A stretch of DNA of 63,941 bases, counting the filler, from Neoconidiobolus thromboides FSU 785 (taxonomy: Eukaryota > Fungi > Entomophthoromycota): the NCBI GenBank assembly GCA_025603075.1. It is 4 parts of 4 records of this genome, joined end to end, with 100 filler letters (N's around TTAATTAATTAA, not from the genome) between each part and the next. Parts side by side here need not be neighbours in the genome. Positions count along the whole stretch, not along the records: positions 51,993 to 62,635 come from MU626646.1; positions 62,736 to 63,941 come from MU627019.1; 2 more parts are not named here. One strand, 5' to 3'. The notes under the pieces were generated by a model, which was not told the origin of the DNA, did no database searches, and saw nothing but the letters and a program-made list of their open reading frames with translations. Below, one piece after another: positions 59,292 through 63,941 of this stretch. Each line of letters opens with the position of its first letter. Position 1 is the first letter of the stretch. The position numbers and the translations under genes were made by a program.

Positions 59292-59757
59292 GTTATTAAA
59301 AACTGTTATTTATTAAATTGAAAAGGGTTCATAACTAAAATTCATTAGAAAATATTTTAATTGATTTAGTATTTTATTGGTTATTACTTTAGCAATGGCT
59401 ATTCTAAACTTTTAATTAATGCATATTAGAAAATGACGAAATTATTATTAAAAGATTGCTATAATTACAGCAATATAATATAACATAATACAATACCAAT
59501 AATATATATTATAAAGTAATAGTAATAATATATATAAATTTATGCTTTGATATACTAATAAGATTATATTAATACGATCTACTAACTATATTAAATATGT
59601 TTCACATCAGTTCATTTTTAAGTCAATGTGAAATTAAGCGAATTAATCATGGAAGTTAACCAATAAGGTAACGATAAAATAAAAGAAAGGGTTTAAAAGA
59701 GAACTTTTACAATTGTTTCTTAAGTTAATCCATTAAAATAAGAACAATAATAAAATA

Positions 59758-61365
59758 ATGGAAGTAACTAATACTCAAGGTAAGTTTAAATAAAGCTTAA
59801 ATATAATCAGCATTAACTCAGTAAAGTTTAATAGGTACTAAAGACAATAACAATTTATCTAATTCCAAACATTATATTGAAGCGGAAGACTTATTAAGCA
59901 GTGGAAAACATTCTAATACTAATGAAATTGAAGAGATTATTCATGAAGATGATAAATTACCTAATCAATATACAAAAAACGGATATGGAGGAGCGACTAT
60001 AATGTCTTCAATTACCAATTTATCAAATACTATATTGGGTTCGGGTATGTTAGCTATGGTAAAATTAACCAAGGACTAATTAATATAAAAATATTAAATT
60101 AATTTTTTTAGCCTGCTGCTTTTGCCACTGTTGGATTAAATTTTGGTATCTTTTTGGTATTATTTTCAGGATTTACTTCCGGTTCTGGATTATATTTATT
60201 ATCTCAATGTGCACAACGGGTGAATCATCGAAATAGTTCCTTTTTTGAAGTATCTAAATTAACTTATCCATCAGCAGCAAAATGGTTTAATATTGCTATT
60301 GCTATTAAATGTTTTGGTGTAAGTATTAGTTATTTAATTATCATTGGGGATTTAATGCCACAGATAATGGAATCAATGGGATTTTTGGATAGCACTATAT
60401 TTTTAAATAGAAGGTTTTGGATCACTTTTTTTATGCTAGGGATTATTCCATTGGGCTTTTTAAAAAAATTAGATTCATTAAGGTATACTAGTATTATTGC
60501 TTTAGGTTCTGTACTTTATTTAGTATTAATTGTTACCTTTACTTTCTTATTTGGTAATATAACCATTGATTGGAATAATATTCGATATTTTCAATTAAAT
60601 TGGAATTTTTTACAAGTATTGCCAGTATTTGTATTTGGCTTTACATGTCATCAAAATTTATTCTCAATTTATAATGAATTAAGTGAAAACAGTAACAATA
60701 ATTTAAATAAAGTAATACAAGGTTCCATTAGTGCTGGTTTATTAGTTTATCAAGTGATTGGTATATTAGGTTATTTATCTTTTGGTAATGACGTTAAATC
60801 AAATATATTATCAATGTATGAATTAGGCCCTATAATTACTTTAGGGAGATTTGCTGTAGTTATTTTAGCTTTGTTTTCTTATCCATTACAATGTCATCCA
60901 TGTAGAGCATGTTTAATTAAAGTAATTGGAATAACATCGAATAAATCAACTGAAACAGTTGATAATAATAACCAAGATAGTAATTATGTAATAGTAGCAA
61001 CTGAAGAAAATTCAGAAGAAATTAAAGTAATTGAAAGTATCAATAATGAAGAAGAATGGTATTTTAATATAATAACTATAATATTAATATCAGCAAGTTA
61101 TTTAATAGCAATATTAGTCACTAAATTAGATGTTATACTTGGCTTTGTTGGTTCAACTGGTTCAACCGCTATTTCATTTATACTTCCAGGTATCTTTTAT
61201 TTAAAAATTACACAAAATCAACCAGAGAATGTATTTGATCAAAATTCGAATAATTCTGTTCTTTCTCTTTCTTTTAAAAGATCATTGGCTTATTTTTTAA
61301 CTATCTATGGCTTCCTCGTTATGTCTGTTTGCTTCACTTATAAAGTTTATAAACTTTTTGTTTAG
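59758..61365 (+). CDS. Vacuolar amino acid transporter, Avt5/6/7-like (Aa_trans), 3 exons
   Basis: Spliced SSITNLSNTILGSGMLAMPAAF, AIAIKCFGVSISYLIIIGDL, FTCHQN, FSYPLQCHPCR, GSTGSTAISFILPG. Confidence 0.9.
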
Positions 61366-62209
61366 TTATTGATAGTTTAATGATGATTTTTATATTTAAG
61401 AAATAAAGTAGTATTGATTTAAGTATATTATTTGTAACATTTTATAACGGACTTGAGGATAAGGATAGATTTTTTGGGGGGCTAAGAATTTCTTAAGCAA
61501 TTAATTCCATGATTTCAGAAATGGCTTCATCTGGTTATCATTGATTTGAGGGGAAATTCAATTATTTTGATTTGAATCTAGAGTTATTTTTTCTAGGAGC
61601 CTGATAGATTATTGCAAATAATAATTAATGGATTGCGAATTTTTCAAATATTTAAATTTGATTATTAATAAAATTAACTAAACAATTTAAAGATTCAACA
61701 ATAGTATTTTATTTGATATGACATTTAGAAAATATTTATTTAAACTTTTTTACATTTTTGATATTTTATAAATTTTATAGCAAAATCACAATATTAACTA
61801 ATAACTGATCAACAATTTTATTTATTTAAAACATAAGGGTGTTTTTTTAGCTTATTGTTTTTTATTTTTTGCTGACAAGGATTAAATAAGGTTCTATTAT
61901 TATTAATTATTTTATTTAAAATTAGTTTAATGATATAAAATTTACAAGCTTTTAGCTGGCAAAAAATAACTTGAACTTTTTCAGCCATTGTTTTAATTAT
62001 TTAAGTTTTTTAACTTTATATTTAGCTGATTTTTTTCTTTTTTTTATTAACTTTAGCTTCATTTTTAATTTTTTTTGTTTTTTGAGTAGTTTTGTTTAGT
62101 TTTAATTGCAATTTTTACTTTATTTTTTGAATATTTTAAGTTTTTAGTGTTTATACTTGTATTTAATATTCAACATCTATAATCAATTACAACTAATTAA
62201 ACAATAGTT

Positions 62210-62316
62210 TAATGGGGGTATTTTTTTTGGCTTCATTATTTTTTCTATCTCTTAAACACTACCTGAGAGGAAAATTTGGTAGTAAAATTCTTAGACATAA
62301 AAACACATCCCCAATA
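62210..62316 (+). mobile_element. MITE family A copy
   Basis: GGGGGTATTTTTTTTGGCTTCATT...AAAAACACATCCCC. Confidence 0.82.
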
Positions 62317-62635
62317 GTTGTGAAATATCGCTTTGTCAGTCCCATGGTTAATTATACCATAATAATCGCTTAAGCTGTTGTGTTCTCGAGTTCAGAGGAA
62401 ATCAATCCCACATTCTTAGTTTGATTTGCTATGAGAATTTCTAGCTCCATCCAAAAGAATATTATCTTCTCATTTTGATATTTATACTTTTCAGAGTATA
62501 AAAGAGTTTACAGAGTATAGTAGTTCGAGGCTTTTTAACTGAATTATTCCCTGATATCTCGAACATTTAATAAAGCCACTAAGTTTTCTTAATAGTATTT
62601 TACGTAGATTTTACATTAGTATTGTCTATTATATC

Positions 62636-62735
62636 NNNNNNNNNNNNNNNNNNNNNNNNNNNNNNNNNNNNNNNNNNNNTTAATTAATTAANNNNNNNNN
62701 NNNNNNNNNNNNNNNNNNNNNNNNNNNNNNNNNNN
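62636..62735. other. Scaffold gap with TTAATTAATTAA linker
   Basis: N run with the linker at 62680-62691. Confidence 0.95.
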
Positions 62736-63177
62736 ATTAATGCACCAGTACAAACTGTAAATACTACTTTAGTATTGTTACATAATTCAGTGAAGTCTTG
62801 AATAAATTCATCATTGGCTACCATAGCATAGGTGCCATCCACTCCCCCTGGCACTATCACCAAATCAAAGCTCTGTAGCTTGGCTTCTTTGATACTTAGC
62901 TTCGTATGAAATGTTAAGCTGTTGAACCAAGAGTTTACTAAACTATCACCATTAACTCCAATACTTACAGTCTCAAATAGATCTGGATGGCCACCTATTA
63001 TTTCTGCTGGACCTACTAAATCCAGCATGGTGAAATTTTCATAGATAATGAACCCAACTTTGTATTTATCTTGCTTTGGAAAATAGGGATCGACGATATC
63101 TAACAAATTTAGTTAGTATATAGTTTATTATCTTTTATTTTTTAATTTACTTTACTTTTTGATACTATAGTTGTCAT
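62736..63177 (-). CDS. DJ-1/PfpI (ThiJ, isonitrile-hydratase-like) protein, one 5' intron, 3' truncated by gap
   Basis: Spliced MTTIVSK-NIVDP...YENFTMLDLVGPAE...DLVIVPGG...VFTVCTGAL (nucleophile elbow Cys). Confidence 0.85.
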
Positions 63178-63846
63178 TTTTAATTTATTAACAAATAATT
63201 GCTTTTTATTCTTCTTTTATATACTCTTTTTTGCCTACCGTTACTTTTTTTATTAACACCATCCTTTATGTTGTTTATTCTTGGAGTATGCATCCTTTAT
63301 TGCTATTAAAAGTTTTGGCTCTACTTCATTGGTAAAATAGATCTATTAGTGAATCAAGAGTTATAATCTTTTAAAATTAAAAATAGCAACATTGCATTTT
63401 TCGGATATTAACTAAATTTTTTTAAAGAATTTAAGTCGTTCCGAAAGTACATTTATTTTTTGGGCAAATCTAAAAGATTAAAGGCATAAAATTATACTAC
63501 CAATGCATTTTTAAAAATAATTTTGATTTAAGACTGACCATTGTAATGATGTTTGTTGATTTTAATTAAAAAATTGAAGCTTTCAGAATGACCTAATAAT
63601 AATAAATATATAGATAGATTCAATAAAGATGATCAGACAACACGCTAGTTTATTAAGGCAACCTAAAATATAAAATAAAAGGTAATGTGAATTTAAAGTG
63701 AGCCCAGTTTGAGAAAGTGGGATATTTGCGTAATTACTAACAACTATGGAAAAATTATTAATTGAGCAAATATTTGCTTTGCTCATTTTAACAAGCCCAC
63801 GTTAGATTTTAATATCTGAATAATACTAGTAGTTATGATATTAATA

Positions 63847-63941
63847 ATATGGGGATGTCTTTTTTGGCTTCATTACTTTTTCCACCTTCCAAGCGCTATT
63901 TAAGTAGAGAAATTGTTAGTAAAATTGTTAGACACAAAAAT
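63847..63941 (+). mobile_element. MITE family A copy truncated by window end
   Basis: ATAT-GGGGATGTCTTTTTTGGCTTCATTAC...AAGCGCTATTTAAGTAGAG...GACACAAAAAT. Confidence 0.85.

Noticed and set aside
61833-61870. Possible extra MITE A fragment (ATAAGGGTGTTTTTTTAG)
   Set aside because: Only the terminal ~15 bp match; the core is absent, so it was not counted.

Overview
Very AT-rich (roughly three-quarters A+T by eye) eukaryotic genomic scaffold with many short (~45-60 nt) GT-AG introns and three 100-base N gaps, each carrying a TTAATTAATTAA linker. Gene content (Chs7, Mvp1, Rad26/CSB, Avt transporter, tyrosinase, trypsin-like protein, rhodopsin-like 7TM genes) points to an early-diverging fungus; Entomophthoromycota such as Conidiobolus is my inference, not confirmed. 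About 24 protein-coding loci, 3 pseudogenes and 5 intronless tRNA genes (Glu, Val, Ser, 2x Cys) are recognisable. The main unexplained structure is a ~105-bp MITE family with 22 copies by manual count. It has G-rich/C-rich termini and 4-bp AWWT target duplications that co-vary at both ends (ATAT, AAAT, ATTT), forms head-to-tail dimers, and has a filled-versus-empty site visible inside the window. A second, single-copy 153-bp CACTA...TAGTG foldback element is present. Other notable items: two ~99% identical inverted class-A-like GPCR genes bounding the first contig, a CSB/Rad26 with a 6x15-aa C-terminal repeat, DCAF15-like and HMG20-like proteins, an inactive trypsin homolog, and an inverted tRNA-Cys pair around tandem F-box genes. 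All alignments were done by eye; exon boundaries are approximate unless stated.
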